Shown piece by piece: positions 5,392 to 16,482 of a stretch of DNA of 64,000 nt. Source of the DNA: a virus (Duplodnaviria; Heunggongvirae; Uroviricota; Caudoviricetes). A model generated the notes under the pieces. That model was not told the DNA's origin. It was given only the letters and a program-made list of their open reading frames with translations, and searched no databases. How positions within the stretch are numbered: position 1 is the first letter of the stretch; every line of letters starts with the position of its first letter. The position numbers were made by a program, and so were the translations under genes. The stretch lies in IMG/VR virus record IMGVR_UViG_3300025896_000021. One strand, written 5' to 3'.

Positions 5392-6572
5392 TGGCTAATA
5401 AATTTTGCAGGCAACTAAGTAACGGTTATAAAATCAATGTACAGGGTGACAAACTGTTATGGAGCCCTTGTTGCTTCTACACAAAGAAAACTGACATGTC
5501 CAATGCCATCGAACTGAAACGTGACATGGAATATGCACACAATGCAACAGGATGGTTACCTGAATGTAACTCATGCAGGAACATGGAAGAATCAGGAGTA
5601 GAAATACTAAAGCCAAGACTAAATGCGAATCAAATGATATCGGCTGAATCAGTGCCCGGTGATTGCGTTAACTTAGAAGTTAGCTTTGATACCAAATGCA
5701 ATGCAGCTTGTCTCAGTTGCGGTAGTTATTGCAGCACTACTTGGGCTAAGTTTGAGAAAAAACATAATCTAAATATAAGCGGAGTCGTTCCAAAAGTAAT
5801 TAAACTTAGCAATTCATTTGAACGAAAGATTGCTGAGGTGCAGTATAAGATAAAGCTAACCGATGATGATACTGATACAAGTGATTTGTTATTTCGTAAA
5901 CTCATAAACACAGTTCCGCTAGATAAGCTAGAGACTATCTTTATCATGGGCGGTGAACCATTCTATACCAAGTCTCATATCAAATTACTTAGACACTTAA
6001 AAGACGTACATCCAGACCTGAGCAAGGTCAGCATACGATATCAATCTAATGGTAGTATCTTCCCGAGTGATGAAGTATTAACGTTATGGGAAGACTATAA
6101 GAACATTGTATACGGTGCTAGCTTTGATGGCATTGGAGAACGATTTGACTATCTACGTTGGCCACTTAAGTGGTTTCGGTGTGGGCCCATACTGAAAAGA
6201 ATAATGACAGAGACTAGGGCCCAGCTACACGTGAACTGTACTATAAGCCCATTGAATATTTTATATGTTAACGATCTAGAAGATTGGTTGAAGGAAAATA
6301 TACCAGCGCATAGAATGAAGAACTTATCTAATTTAATTAGGCCCAATGCATGTATGGGTACTATGGATCTAAAATATGCTAATCAGAAACTAAGAGATAA
6401 GGTGTTTGAAAAATACGGGGAAGAGCATGACATAAGCAAAATGCTGTCTAGCTTAGAGATGTATGACAATGCATCCCCGATGTTCAACTATATCGAACAG
6501 ATGGATAAGATACGCCGTACTGATTGGCGTAAGACTTTTCCTGATATAGTTGATTGTTATTCAAACGTGTAG
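5391..6572 (+). CDS. Radical SAM protein, tandem paralogue of 4285-5391
   Basis: CNAACLSC, GGEP, SNGS, YLRWPLxW; N-terminal FC..PCC..CNSC. Confidence 0.88.
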   Translation: MANKFCRQLSNGYKINVQGDKLLWSPCCFYTKKTDMSNAIELKRDMEYAHNATGWLPECNSCRNMEESGVEILKPRLNANQMISAESVPGDCVNLEVSFDTKCNAACLSCGSYCSTTWAKFEKKHNLNISGVVPKVIKLSNSFERKIAEVQYKIKLTDDDTDTSDLLFRKLINTVPLDKLETIFIMGGEPFYTKSHIKLLRHLKDVHPDLSKVSIRYQSNGSIFPSDEVLTLWEDYKNIVYGASFDGIGERFDYLRWPLKWFRCGPILKRIMTETRAQLHVNCTISPLNILYVNDLEDWLKENIPAHRMKNLSNLIRPNACMGTMDLKYANQKLRDKVFEKYGEEHDISKMLSSLEMYDNASPMFNYIEQMDKIRRTDWRKTFPDIVDCYSNV

Positions 6573-7183
6573 GCCCAGGCAGCAATATCTACTGCAAACA
6601 CTTCTGCCACTTTTAATTTGTCAGCATCAGTGTAAAGAACTGAATACCCTTCACATGCAGCGTGTGCTTCTGAAAGATAATCTACATTATCAACAGTGGC
6701 AAACTCTGGAATGGTTCTAACATCTACATTAAAATTATCGAAGTCAAGTAAGTAACTTACTGTTAGCTTGCCGTCTCCAGACATATAGAATGGAGCTGCA
6801 TTAACTGCATTCTGCGAAGCGTAATTTGGATTCTCCGGGCTCAAGTATAAGTCTAAGAATTCAGTAAGAGACTTACAACCAGTGTAGTCTACGTAGTTCG
6901 GGCCCATTTTCCATTGAGCATCTAGGACTAGATTAGTCCTAGTCTTATAAAACAATACCATTCGTTTGAACGGGTTGATCCGCACCGCAATAGTCTTGAA
7001 TTCATTTGAGGTTAAGTCAAATATTTCATGGATCTCACTGATCGGGTGATTGTCTTGTTCACCCAACAAATCGTCGGCTGAAACAAAATATTCTAAGTGA
7101 GTACTACATGCCTGCACGAATGGAAGCATGTATTCTCTTGGGATTGCATATTGCAATAGGGTGTAATGGGTCATCATAATCAT
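6557..7183 (-). CDS. Sulfotransferase-family-like protein
   Basis: IAVRINPFKRMVLFY resembles the 3'-PB motif; C-terminal YTD..K.KVAEVFAVDI..W.Y.F; 5'-PSB motif degenerate. Confidence 0.45.
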   Translation of the reverse strand: MIMMTHYTLLQYAIPREYMLPFVQACSTHLEYFVSADDLLGEQDNHPISEIHEIFDLTSNEFKTIAVRINPFKRMVLFYKTRTNLVLDAQWKMGPNYVDYTGCKSLTEFLDLYLSPENPNYASQNAVNAAPFYMSGDGKLTVSYLLDFDNFNVDVRTIPEFATVDNVDYLSEAHAACEGYSVLYTDADKLKVAEVFAVDIAAWAYTFE

Positions 7184-8541
7184 AGTCCTTTAAAGGTGTT
7201 CCAAAATCTAACAGAGTAGTACTCTCGTAGTTTGCCCTCTTTGACAAAGGCAATGTTTTTATCTATTCTGTATTTATTCTCTTTCCACCGTTCTATCATG
7301 TTTGTGGAAGTTAACATGTTTAAATTCAAGTCGATGGCACTATTAATCCGTGTTGCAGGGTCTTCTATCGAGTCATACGAATGATCTACTACATCATCAA
7401 ACATATCTATACCTATATTACGCAGAAAATCAACCGTACCCGGACTAGAAATCATAATAGGGAAGTTCGCCCCGTATATAAAGTGCAGTGTCTTTTCAGT
7501 GATATTGAAGCTACGCTCATTGTAACTAGTCTCTGATACAAATTCAACTAGACTACTATGGTACTTGTCTTGCAGGCTGTGTTTAAAGTTGGTGAGATTA
7601 TCGTTGTGGGTGGTATAGATGTTCTTGGAATCTTCTACTTTGTTTTCTTTTAATAGCGAATATCGATTAAACCCGGTGTTGGCTATATCATAGCCACTGT
7701 CACTAGCATAGTCGTATGCTATAGCGTCAGACAATACTGTATTGTTTGGTAATGACAGATAGCTAATGTTACCGAAGTTATCTAACTCTCGCCCGTATAA
7801 TGCTGATACCAAGTATGTTCTATGATGGCGCGGGCCTCGGTTCAACGATATAAAGTTCATTGCATTAATATCTTTTTCAATACTAGGCGCATGTTGCATA
7901 TACATTGATAACTGATTAGTAACATCACCGCCCATTGGTATGATAGTGCAGTTAGAATTAACAATCTCTTTATCTAAGTTCTCAAGTGAGGTAACTAGTA
8001 TAAAGCGTTTGTTTGGATAGTAGTCAAACAAGTTACTGAAATATATACTGAGTTCGGGCATAGAGCTAGTCCAAGAATTGCTAGTTGATATCCTAAAGTG
8101 ATCCTTGACAAACAATACTATCGTATCATTCACACACGCTTCCTGAATCATGTCCTCCATCATACCCCGATCCATTAGATTTTCTACATAAGGTGCATAG
8201 TGTTTACAGAATGCATCATACAATTCTAAAGTACTAGCTGTTTCAGTAAACTCACAGTACAACGGGTACATATCATCACGACTATTGAGATGTCGTTTCT
8301 TTCCCATAATCATCGATGACCGAAACTCTATGAAGTCTGTGAATCTAGGTAGCTGTCTCGGGCTAGTACTGGCTAAGCTAGTGTTACTGTACGAGAAAGA
8401 TGTTGGATTACTTAACGGGCCCGTCCATAGATAGACAAAGCTAGCATCACTTAAGCCCAGTTCTTTCTTCTTCCCGAACACTTGGAAGAACAGTTTCTTA
8501 CTGTAGTCGTCAAATGGAGGGGAACTAATAATCTTAAGCAT
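7180..8541 (-). CDS. Putative glycosyltransferase-like phage protein
   Basis: FISLNRGPRHHR and VSET...ITEKT...FPI...LRNIGIDMFDDVVDHSYD motifs. Confidence 0.5.
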   Translation of the reverse strand: MLKIISSPPFDDYSKKLFFQVFGKKKELGLSDASFVYLWTGPLSNPTSFSYSNTSLASTSPRQLPRFTDFIEFRSSMIMGKKRHLNSRDDMYPLYCEFTETASTLELYDAFCKHYAPYVENLMDRGMMEDMIQEACVNDTIVLFVKDHFRISTSNSWTSSMPELSIYFSNLFDYYPNKRFILVTSLENLDKEIVNSNCTIIPMGGDVTNQLSMYMQHAPSIEKDINAMNFISLNRGPRHHRTYLVSALYGRELDNFGNISYLSLPNNTVLSDAIAYDYASDSGYDIANTGFNRYSLLKENKVEDSKNIYTTHNDNLTNFKHSLQDKYHSSLVEFVSETSYNERSFNITEKTLHFIYGANFPIMISSPGTVDFLRNIGIDMFDDVVDHSYDSIEDPATRINSAIDLNLNMLTSTNMIERWKENKYRIDKNIAFVKEGKLREYYSVRFWNTFKGL

Positions 8542-8545
8542 GACT

Positions 8546-8562
8546 TATTTACGCTATAAATA
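8546..8562. promoter_or_regulatory. Divergent late-type promoters
   Basis: GTAAATA on minus (8546-8552) and TATAAATA on plus (8555-8562), each 4 nt from an ATG (8541, 8567). Confidence 0.75.
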
Positions 8563-8566
8563 TGTT

Positions 8567-10117
8567 ATGCGATTTAATCCCTCAGACTATATCACAGTGT
8601 TCTTGAGCTATGACGAACCTAACTGTGAAGAAAACTATCAACATTTACTAACACTTAACCCGAATGCACTTAGAGTGCATGGCGTTGAAGGTAGTGATAC
8701 TGCACACAAAGCATGTGCTAAACTAGCAACTACCAGCCGTGTTGTCATCATAGACGGTGACAACTGGGTAAGAGACAATTTCTACACTACTGATATTGAA
8801 CTAGAGTATACGGACGAGGACGTTATCAGCTACTCAGGATACAACATAGTGAACGGTACACAATACGGTAACGGTGGAATCAAGTGCTGGCCTGTTAAGC
8901 ACATCAATGAGATGCAGACACACGAGAATGGCACAGAGGATAGCATTGACTTTGTACTGAACAAGTACATAGAGTTAAACAACATAGGTAGCGACTTACG
9001 TATCAACGGTAGTCCATTACAAGCATGGCGCGCAGGATTCCGTGAAGTAATTAAACTAACACGTGATGATAACGTTGACTGGCGCAACTATGATAGATTA
9101 TGGCGCTGGATGCATGTTGGATCAGACATTGAGAACGGTGTCTACTCTATGTACGGAGCTAGACTAGCATACTACATGCTTAAGGTTAACAAATGGGATG
9201 GCTCGCACAATGTCAAGAACTTTGACTTCTTAAACAAACTATATGAGCATGTTACTACATCACTGGCTAACACGGTATTAGAAGAAGCCAATGTATTGGG
9301 TACACTTATCGGAGAGAAGACTAATGATAAGAATATCTCTATAGCACTGCCCGAATGGAACAGCAATGAGTATCGTAGACGTATTGGCAACCCAGTACGT
9401 AGCCCCGTAAACTATATTCCAGAGTACGATATCGTATTCATACACAATAATGAGTTAGGTGCAACTGAGAACTATAACAGAATCAAAGAACGATTCCCAC
9501 GAGCTAAAGAGTTAAGTGGGGTTACGGGCATACACAATGCACACATACAAGCATCAAAACTATGTAGAACGGATTACTTCTGGGTAGTAGATGGGGATGC
9601 AGTTATCAATAATGACTTTGACTTTACATACAGTATCAACTTCTATGAGCAACCCACTGTCAGAGTCTTTCGTTCTATCAACCCAGTAAACAAGCTAGTA
9701 TACGGTCATGGTGCTGTAAAGTTACTACCCCGTCTAGCTACACTAAAAATGAGTAAGGGTAATGTAGATATGACAACAAGTATCAGCACACTATACGAAC
9801 CCATTAACATCATAAGCAACATACACAAGTTTAACACGGATGCATTCAGTGCATGGCGTACCGCGTTTAGAGAATGCGTGAAACTATCTAGCCAAGTGAT
9901 AGACAGACAACAATCTAGTGAAACAATAGACAGATTGTACACATGGTGTAGTGTTGGGTCAGAAGAACAGTACGGTCGTGAAACGATTAAGGGCGCACTA
10001 ACGGGAAAAGTATACGGAGAAGTTAACCGTAACAGTATAGAAAAGCTAGCAAAAATTAACAACTATGAATGGTTAAGAAGTGAATATGACAAACAATTTC
10101 AGCAACATCCCGTTTAA
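8567..10117 (+). CDS. Tandem two-domain GT-A-like glycosyltransferase
   Basis: Two homologous halves, each VF..Y/N.E...ENY...GV.G...AH..., DGD motif, YG.G..K, AWR..FRE; start moved to ATG 8567. Confidence 0.65.
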   Translation: MRFNPSDYITVFLSYDEPNCEENYQHLLTLNPNALRVHGVEGSDTAHKACAKLATTSRVVIIDGDNWVRDNFYTTDIELEYTDEDVISYSGYNIVNGTQYGNGGIKCWPVKHINEMQTHENGTEDSIDFVLNKYIELNNIGSDLRINGSPLQAWRAGFREVIKLTRDDNVDWRNYDRLWRWMHVGSDIENGVYSMYGARLAYYMLKVNKWDGSHNVKNFDFLNKLYEHVTTSLANTVLEEANVLGTLIGEKTNDKNISIALPEWNSNEYRRRIGNPVRSPVNYIPEYDIVFIHNNELGATENYNRIKERFPRAKELSGVTGIHNAHIQASKLCRTDYFWVVDGDAVINNDFDFTYSINFYEQPTVRVFRSINPVNKLVYGHGAVKLLPRLATLKMSKGNVDMTTSISTLYEPINIISNIHKFNTDAFSAWRTAFRECVKLSSQVIDRQQSSETIDRLYTWCSVGSEEQYGRETIKGALTGKVYGEVNRNSIEKLAKINNYEWLRSEYDKQFQQHPV

Positions 10118-11072
10118 TCGAATAGTTAAGTTCGGGCAAGCTAACATGCTTGACATGGACTTGTTCACTACTAGCTGGATACTGGGCAGATTCTGTAACT
10201 ACAGTTGCAGCTATTGCTGGCCATATGCTAACAGCAATGTCCCCGATCATCAGGAACTATCTATATACAAGCAGACGATTGACAGCATTAAGCAACAAGC
10301 TAGACGCAATGGGTTTAACAAGTTTCATTGGTCTTTCAGTGGGGGCGAACCCACAGCGTACAAACACTTACTAGAGCTTACAAAGTACTTAGATGAGGGT
10401 CCGGTAGAGGGTTATCAGAGTGTCCACATGACTACAAATCTATCACCCAGTGTTGCATGGTGGCTACGTTGGGAGAAAGCTACGGAGATGCTACAGCGTA
10501 GAAGTCTTACAGCTAGCTATCATAGTGAGTTTGCTAAAGAGAATGAGTTCGGGGATAAGATACTAGCATTGATGCAGGAGCAGGTTTACGTCACAGTTAA
10601 TCAAGTTATGGTCCCCGAAAATTTTTTTGAGAGCTATGAAAGACTGAACCGTTTTCATGCTAGGGGAATCAATGTTACATTGAAGCCACAGTCTGACCCG
10701 ACCGCTAGTCACATAGTCTCAGGGTACACTGACGAGATGATACAGATCATGCGCAATGGATTCCCACAGCAAGCTAATGACGAACCCGTACTACAAGTAA
10801 AACTAATAGACGACAATAACAAGATATGGTGGCTGGATCAAGCAGAACGCTTCAATAGCTTTGGGTTTAACAAGTTCAGTGGATGGATGTGCAACAGTGG
10901 CTATCAGGGTATAGTTATACGTAGTGACGAAGTAAAGCGTAGCTATAGTTGCGGAGACTTACCTTTAGGGTCACTAAGCGGCGGCTTTACTATCTTTGAC
11001 AAGCCTGTGATATGTACAACACAGTCATGCGTAAGTAGTGCCGACAGTAAGATACCTAAAGAGAAGATATGA
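10086..11072 (+). CDS. Radical SAM protein with C-terminal SPASM/twitch-like Cys cluster
   Basis: CNYSCSYC, SGGEP, TTN; WMCNSG..C..CTTQSC. Confidence 0.9.
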   Translation: MTNNFSNIPFNRIVKFGQANMLDMDLFTTSWILGRFCNYSCSYCWPYANSNVPDHQELSIYKQTIDSIKQQARRNGFNKFHWSFSGGEPTAYKHLLELTKYLDEGPVEGYQSVHMTTNLSPSVAWWLRWEKATEMLQRRSLTASYHSEFAKENEFGDKILALMQEQVYVTVNQVMVPENFFESYERLNRFHARGINVTLKPQSDPTASHIVSGYTDEMIQIMRNGFPQQANDEPVLQVKLIDDNNKIWWLDQAERFNSFGFNKFSGWMCNSGYQGIVIRSDEVKRSYSCGDLPLGSLSGGFTIFDKPVICTTQSCVSSADSKIPKEKI

Positions 11073-11827
11073 GTTATGACTTTGTATGGGACAGTACGCC
11101 CGATAGAATTAAAAAGGGTCACTTTTTACATGCAGGTTCATACAGTGCCGGGGCATATACAGGCACTGATACTGAACAACTATTCAAAGAACATCTACTA
11201 ACACAACCGAACCATTGGTTCTATCGTAATAACCCCATAGAGTATAAGCTAAACAAGCATGGGTACAGAACGCATGAGTTTGACAGTATTGATTGGGCTA
11301 ACTCAATCGTAGTGTTCGGGTGCAGTAATGTGTTCGGGGTGGGAGTGCATGAAGAAGATACATTGTCTAATCAGTTATCTGTGCTAACTAACACACCCGT
11401 TGTCAATATGGGTATCGGAGCATCATCTATAGAGTACTCATTGTACAATAGTATCATACTTAACGAGCATTACCCTACGCCCAAAGCAGTTATACAAGTT
11501 TATAGTGCTATAGATAGAACTACGTACTATAACAAAAAGAACGTTAAGCATCATGGATCATGGGATATGAAACCAAACGACTACATGGACTTGTATAGTA
11601 CAGATCCTACTCATGCTAGAGTACATGCAATCATGGCTCAAATGATTAGTAAACAGTTATGGGCTGACAAAACAAAGTACTATGAGACTAGCTTCTTTAA
11701 CGATATACTTAACACATTGAATCTAGTTAGTCCAACGTGGTATGATGTTGCTAGAGATTTAAAGCACCCTGGGCGTGAGACACTATATAAACTAGCACAA
11801 CAGATTAAAGACAATTTAGAGTTATGA
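11069..11827 (+). CDS. SGNH/GDSL hydrolase-like protein
   Basis: NKHGYR, VFGCSNVFG, VNMGIG, ARDLKHPG. Confidence 0.65.
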   Translation: MSYDFVWDSTPDRIKKGHFLHAGSYSAGAYTGTDTEQLFKEHLLTQPNHWFYRNNPIEYKLNKHGYRTHEFDSIDWANSIVVFGCSNVFGVGVHEEDTLSNQLSVLTNTPVVNMGIGASSIEYSLYNSIILNEHYPTPKAVIQVYSAIDRTTYYNKKNVKHHGSWDMKPNDYMDLYSTDPTHARVHAIMAQMISKQLWADKTKYYETSFFNDILNTLNLVSPTWYDVARDLKHPGRETLYKLAQQIKDNLEL

Positions 11828-12483
11828 AAAGATTAGTAGCATTTGGAGATTCATACACATACGGCGACGGGTTAGCAGATTGCTGGGTAAAGCATAGTAG
11901 TGATAATTATACATCAGGTAACGTGTGCAGTCAGTATGCATGGCCGGCACTAGTAGCTAAGAATTTAGGATACAGTGTAGTCAATAGTAGCTGCTCAGGA
12001 TTGAGCAATCTCGGTATGCTACACAGACTATTGAACACGGTGTTCACTGAAAATGATGTATGTGTTATAATGTGGAGCTTCCCGCACAGAGATATGATAT
12101 TCAATAAGAATTACATGCCGCACATTGCTAACTTTAACACCAATAGAGACTATACTAATAGAACAACGCACGTAGGATCGTGGATGGATGATGACTTAAC
12201 GAAGTACTGGATGCTGACGCACAATAACACAGACTTATTGATAAGATCGTGGCTACATATTCATCATGCTAATCTATATCTAGATAGCTTAAACATCCCA
12301 CACTACAACTTCTTTATCAACTACGGTCAGCTTAAGTCACATAAGCCTAGCTACATTAAGATACCCTTTGCTGATATACTAGTAGAACGCTATATAGACA
12401 GAGCATTAGACGGTGATCACCCGGGACCATTGAGCCAAGAAAGAATGGCTAAAGAGATTACATTATTGATTGACCACTTATGA
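11824..12483 (+). CDS. SGNH/GDSL hydrolase-like protein
   Basis: AFGDSYTYG, WP, DGDHPG. Confidence 0.7.
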   Translation: MKRLVAFGDSYTYGDGLADCWVKHSSDNYTSGNVCSQYAWPALVAKNLGYSVVNSSCSGLSNLGMLHRLLNTVFTENDVCVIMWSFPHRDMIFNKNYMPHIANFNTNRDYTNRTTHVGSWMDDDLTKYWMLTHNNTDLLIRSWLHIHHANLYLDSLNIPHYNFFINYGQLKSHKPSYIKIPFADILVERYIDRALDGDHPGPLSQERMAKEITLLIDHL

Positions 12484-13088
12484 ACATAGATACAGAGCAT
12501 TTACACTATTGGATGTGTGCTATCAGAGATAGTAATGACACTAAAAGAACACTAGACGCATTCTGGCGTGGGCAGATCAGTAGCAAAGAGTGGCTAATAG
12601 AGAGTCTTACACAGTATGTAACTAAACCCTCGTCAGTAGATATACACGGTGGATGGGTGGGAGTGCTAGCAAGTTTGTTGTTTCAATCAGATATCCCTGT
12701 CACTACTATCAGAAGCATAGACATTGACCCATGGTGCGAGTCTATAAGCAACATGATGAACAGAATGGAACAGATACAAGAACGGTATCGTGCGGTTACA
12801 AGTAACATGACTGAGATACGTAGTGATACTGATATCATTATCAATACATCATGTGAGCATATAACGCAGGATGAGTACGACTTATGGCTAAGTGGGTTGC
12901 CCTACAATAGCTTGTTAGTACTACAGAGTAACAACTATATAATTCCAGAGCATGTTCGCCCAGTAAATAGTCTAATAGAATTCGAATCACAGTCTCAGAT
13001 CAACGTGTTATGGTCTGGAGAGCTAGTGCTTCCACTATATACAAGATACATGATTATAGGCAAACAATGTTCCGATTCGATCAACTAG
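12480..13088 (+). CDS. Class I SAM-dependent methyltransferase-like protein
   Basis: DIHGGWVG, SIDIDP, IINTSCEH. Confidence 0.7.
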   Translation: MNIDTEHLHYWMCAIRDSNDTKRTLDAFWRGQISSKEWLIESLTQYVTKPSSVDIHGGWVGVLASLLFQSDIPVTTIRSIDIDPWCESISNMMNRMEQIQERYRAVTSNMTEIRSDTDIIINTSCEHITQDEYDLWLSGLPYNSLLVLQSNNYIIPEHVRPVNSLIEFESQSQINVLWSGELVLPLYTRYMIIGKQCSDSIN

Positions 13089-14143
13089 AAGACATACACT
13101 TAGAGATAACAAACAACTGTCAAGCATCATGCCCAATGTGTAGTCGCAACGTTAACGGGGGACTAGAGAACCCATTAATTCGTGTAACTAATTGGACATT
13201 AGATGAGTTCAAGACAATAATGTCACCCGTTGTACTGAAACAGATTAAACGCTATTACTTCTGCGGAAACTTCGGTGACCCCATGATGAACAATGATTTA
13301 ATAGAGATGATTGAATATAGTGTGTCAATCAACAGAGAATTGAACATACGAGTACACACTAATGGGGGCGCACGGAACACTGAATGGTGGACTAGACTAG
13401 CACTAGCACTACCCAAGAATCATTTGGTTACGTTCGCACTAGACGGTTTAAGTGACACCCATAGTCTATATAGAGTAGGAACAACATATGAAAACGTCAT
13501 ACGCAACTGCAAAACGTTTATCGATGCGGGTGGGAATGCTGAATGGGTATACATTAAGTTCAAGCACAATGAACATCAAGCTGAAAGTGCTAGACAAATA
13601 GCACTAGACATGGGCTTTAAAGAGTTCACCGTCAAGAATTCTAGCAGATTTATGATAGAGCCTAAGGTTAATGTAGTAGACAAGCATGGTAACTATACAC
13701 ACAGTATTGAACCGGCCACTGACACCCCCATGAAGTTCATTGACTTAAAGACTATTGAAGCATTCAGTGATATAGTAAAAGACAGTGTTATCGACTGCAA
13801 AGTAAAGAACGACAAGGAAGTGTACATAGATGCACATCGTAACCTATACCCTTGCTGTCACACTGCTAGCATTCCCTACATGCGTGAGCGCATTAACGGG
13901 TTTCACTCAGACAAGATTAAAGAAATCACTGACACAATGATGAGCCAGCATTTAGATATGATTAACACTATCGGGGAAGTCAATACACTATTACGTACGG
14001 TAGAAGACATTATTGACAGTACGGCATATCAAAACATGTGGGATGAGTACTGGACTACTAAGAAGTTGCTTATATGCGCTAGAACATGCGGCGTAAGCAA
14101 GAAGATAGACTTTTCACTACCGAGAGAACAATGGAAACAATAG
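13067..14143 (+). CDS. Radical SAM protein with C-terminal Cys cluster
   Basis: CQASCPMC, CGNFGDP, HTNGG, FALDG; PCC..CARTC; start moved to ATG 13067. Confidence 0.9.
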   Translation: MFRFDQLEDIHLEITNNCQASCPMCSRNVNGGLENPLIRVTNWTLDEFKTIMSPVVLKQIKRYYFCGNFGDPMMNNDLIEMIEYSVSINRELNIRVHTNGGARNTEWWTRLALALPKNHLVTFALDGLSDTHSLYRVGTTYENVIRNCKTFIDAGGNAEWVYIKFKHNEHQAESARQIALDMGFKEFTVKNSSRFMIEPKVNVVDKHGNYTHSIEPATDTPMKFIDLKTIEAFSDIVKDSVIDCKVKNDKEVYIDAHRNLYPCCHTASIPYMRERINGFHSDKIKEITDTMMSQHLDMINTIGEVNTLLRTVEDIIDSTAYQNMWDEYWTTKKLLICARTCGVSKKIDFSLPREQWKQ

Positions 14144-14913
14144 GATTCTTTGGCGATAGCTTCTGTGAGCATTTAAACAATACACACAGCATAGACAACA
14201 ACTATAAGACATATATGGAGTTATGTCGTGACAACCTAGACTTAAAGATAGTTAATATGGGTATGGGTGGCTCTAGCATATACGATGTTATATTAAAGCA
14301 ATTAAACCCACTGATTAAATCTAACAGTGTCCCGGATGTATGTGTATTCTTCTGGACTATCCCCCAACGACTATATCACCCTGTATGTCGCTCTATTCAT
14401 TTATCTAGTGCATTAGCGGGATATAACAGTAAGAAAGAAGAATGGTTCAGTAAGACTTATCCACAAGAACAAAATTGGTTCAGTAAAGATATCTGGGACG
14501 CTGCACAACAATACTTTATGCATTTATATGACGAGGAGAAGAGTCAATTAGAGTATATCAGCTTCTTACAGTATATAGACAATAACATACTACCCCAATT
14601 AAAGTGTAAGATAATTCACTTATGGAGCATTGGGAACGTAAACAATTGGGAGCTAGATAGCTTTAAGCCAGACAATATCAACTATGTACACGATTGGAAG
14701 CATGGGGTAGAAGTACGCCCATCATTAATGAGTGTGTCAGCAGTTAATGGGAACACATTTAAGTACCCTATGATAGACAATAGACCTAATCATTTAGACG
14801 GACAATTAAAGAACGACATAGTGTTTGATTATATCGTGCAAGCATTAAACAATTACAGTGACAGCAATTTATTAGACTATACAACTATGGTAAACAAGTT
14901 ATGGAACGACTAA
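14131..14913 (+). CDS. SGNH-like protein
   Basis: GFFGDSFC, VNMGMGGSS, RPNHL; start moved to ATG 14131. Confidence 0.6.
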   Translation: METIGFFGDSFCEHLNNTHSIDNNYKTYMELCRDNLDLKIVNMGMGGSSIYDVILKQLNPLIKSNSVPDVCVFFWTIPQRLYHPVCRSIHLSSALAGYNSKKEEWFSKTYPQEQNWFSKDIWDAAQQYFMHLYDEEKSQLEYISFLQYIDNNILPQLKCKIIHLWSIGNVNNWELDSFKPDNINYVHDWKHGVEVRPSLMSVSAVNGNTFKYPMIDNRPNHLDGQLKNDIVFDYIVQALNNYSDSNLLDYTTMVNKLWND

Positions 14914-15755
14914 GAGTAGCTACATCATATAGTGAATCGTTTCTAGAGATAGAACGTCCAAGCCCATTAACTGATAATCATATTGAAAGTATGATACAAG
15001 ATGTATTGTCCGGGAAGTTATCTAAGGATATCTCTAATGATGTATACAGTAATTTCAAGATAGAAGTAGACAATTACATTAACGGTACTAAATTAAACAC
15101 GTTAACAGGCTTAGATAGTTTTAATCGTATAGATATAATTAACGGCTGCACCCAATATATAGACAATCTTTATATGTGTGGCCCGGTACAAGTATTAGAG
15201 GGTGATTATCGGTACCACAACCGCTTAGGATTATCTATGGTATCTACATTGGGAAAGCTAGCACATAATACCCCGTTAATCATAGCTATGCCGTTCCCTA
15301 GTACAGGCAGAGTGCATAACAATATGACGGAACTATTAACAGAATGCACAGAGAAACATATCCCAGTGCATATAGACGGTGCCTGGCTTACATGCTGCAA
15401 AGATATAGTCTTTGACTTTAGCCATAGTGCAATACAGTCAGTGGGCATTAGTTTAAGCAAGGGTTTAGGACTAGGGTGGAATAGAGTAGGACTCCGTTAT
15501 ACTAGACAAATTAACCCAGATAGTGTTACAATAATGAATGATTTTAATATGAATCTACGTGCCCCAGCAATGATCGGCTTGCACTTTGTACGCAATCTAC
15601 CCGTAGATTACTTATGGAACAAGTACAGTGACTCATACTATAAGATATGCAGAGACTTTAACTTAACACCCACTAATAGTATCTATCTAGCATTACGAGA
15701 CAATCAGCCAGTAGGGTTAAGCCCATTAATAAGGTATTTACATGAACGAATTTAA
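14901..15755 (+). CDS. Fold-type I PLP-dependent enzyme-like protein
   Basis: IPVHIDGAW and SLSKGLG...RVG (PLP-binding Asp and Schiff-base Lys). Confidence 0.65.
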   Translation: MERLRVATSYSESFLEIERPSPLTDNHIESMIQDVLSGKLSKDISNDVYSNFKIEVDNYINGTKLNTLTGLDSFNRIDIINGCTQYIDNLYMCGPVQVLEGDYRYHNRLGLSMVSTLGKLAHNTPLIIAMPFPSTGRVHNNMTELLTECTEKHIPVHIDGAWLTCCKDIVFDFSHSAIQSVGISLSKGLGLGWNRVGLRYTRQINPDSVTIMNDFNMNLRAPAMIGLHFVRNLPVDYLWNKYSDSYYKICRDFNLTPTNSIYLALRDNQPVGLSPLIRYLHERI

Positions 15756-16482
15756 TGTTGACGGGGTTAGTATACCCTTTGAGAACGATGTGCAGTCTAT
15801 AGCTATATCATTATCCGGCGGTGCGGACTCTGCATTGCTAGCATATCTATTGTGCGAACACATTGAAGCAAATAAGCTACCCATTGACGTGTTCATTATA
15901 TCACATATACGCATGTGGAAGACTAGACCCTGGCAGAAGTACAATCAATTAGATGTATATGGATATTTGCAGAAACGTTTCCGTACTATACACTTTACAC
16001 GCTATGAGAACTTTATCCCACCAGACATTGAATGGGGTAACAAGGGTGCTACACTAATAGATGAGTACGGTAAAGAATCGTCCGGGGATATCATTGAGAT
16101 ACGTGCATTCGCCGAGTATATATGTCATCAAGAAGATATTGACGTATACTATAACGCTGTTACACGCAATCCCCGTAACGTTGACTTCAAGGGTATGGAA
16201 AAGCGTGACATTGAGCCTACAGAAGATAACAAGCATCTAAGACTAATGACACACATGGGGCGCATTGCTGTACACCCTTTTAGATTCATTGAGAAGTCAT
16301 GGGTAATTAAACAGTATAAAGACAAAGATATACTATCATTACTAAACAATACACGTAGCTGTGAGGGAGAGTTTGATAATGTTAACTATATCACATATAG
16401 CATAGGAGACTTTGTTCCGTTATGCGGAGAATGCTTCTGGTGCAAAGAAAGACAATGGGCGTTAGAACAAAATGAGTTGTAA
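15742..16482 (+). CDS. QueC-like PP-loop ATPase
   Basis: SLSGGADS PP-loop; TRSC...CGECFWCKER zinc motif. Confidence 0.7.
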   Translation: MNEFNVDGVSIPFENDVQSIAISLSGGADSALLAYLLCEHIEANKLPIDVFIISHIRMWKTRPWQKYNQLDVYGYLQKRFRTIHFTRYENFIPPDIEWGNKGATLIDEYGKESSGDIIEIRAFAEYICHQEDIDVYYNAVTRNPRNVDFKGMEKRDIEPTEDNKHLRLMTHMGRIAVHPFRFIEKSWVIKQYKDKDILSLLNNTRSCEGEFDNVNYITYSIGDFVPLCGECFWCKERQWALEQNEL

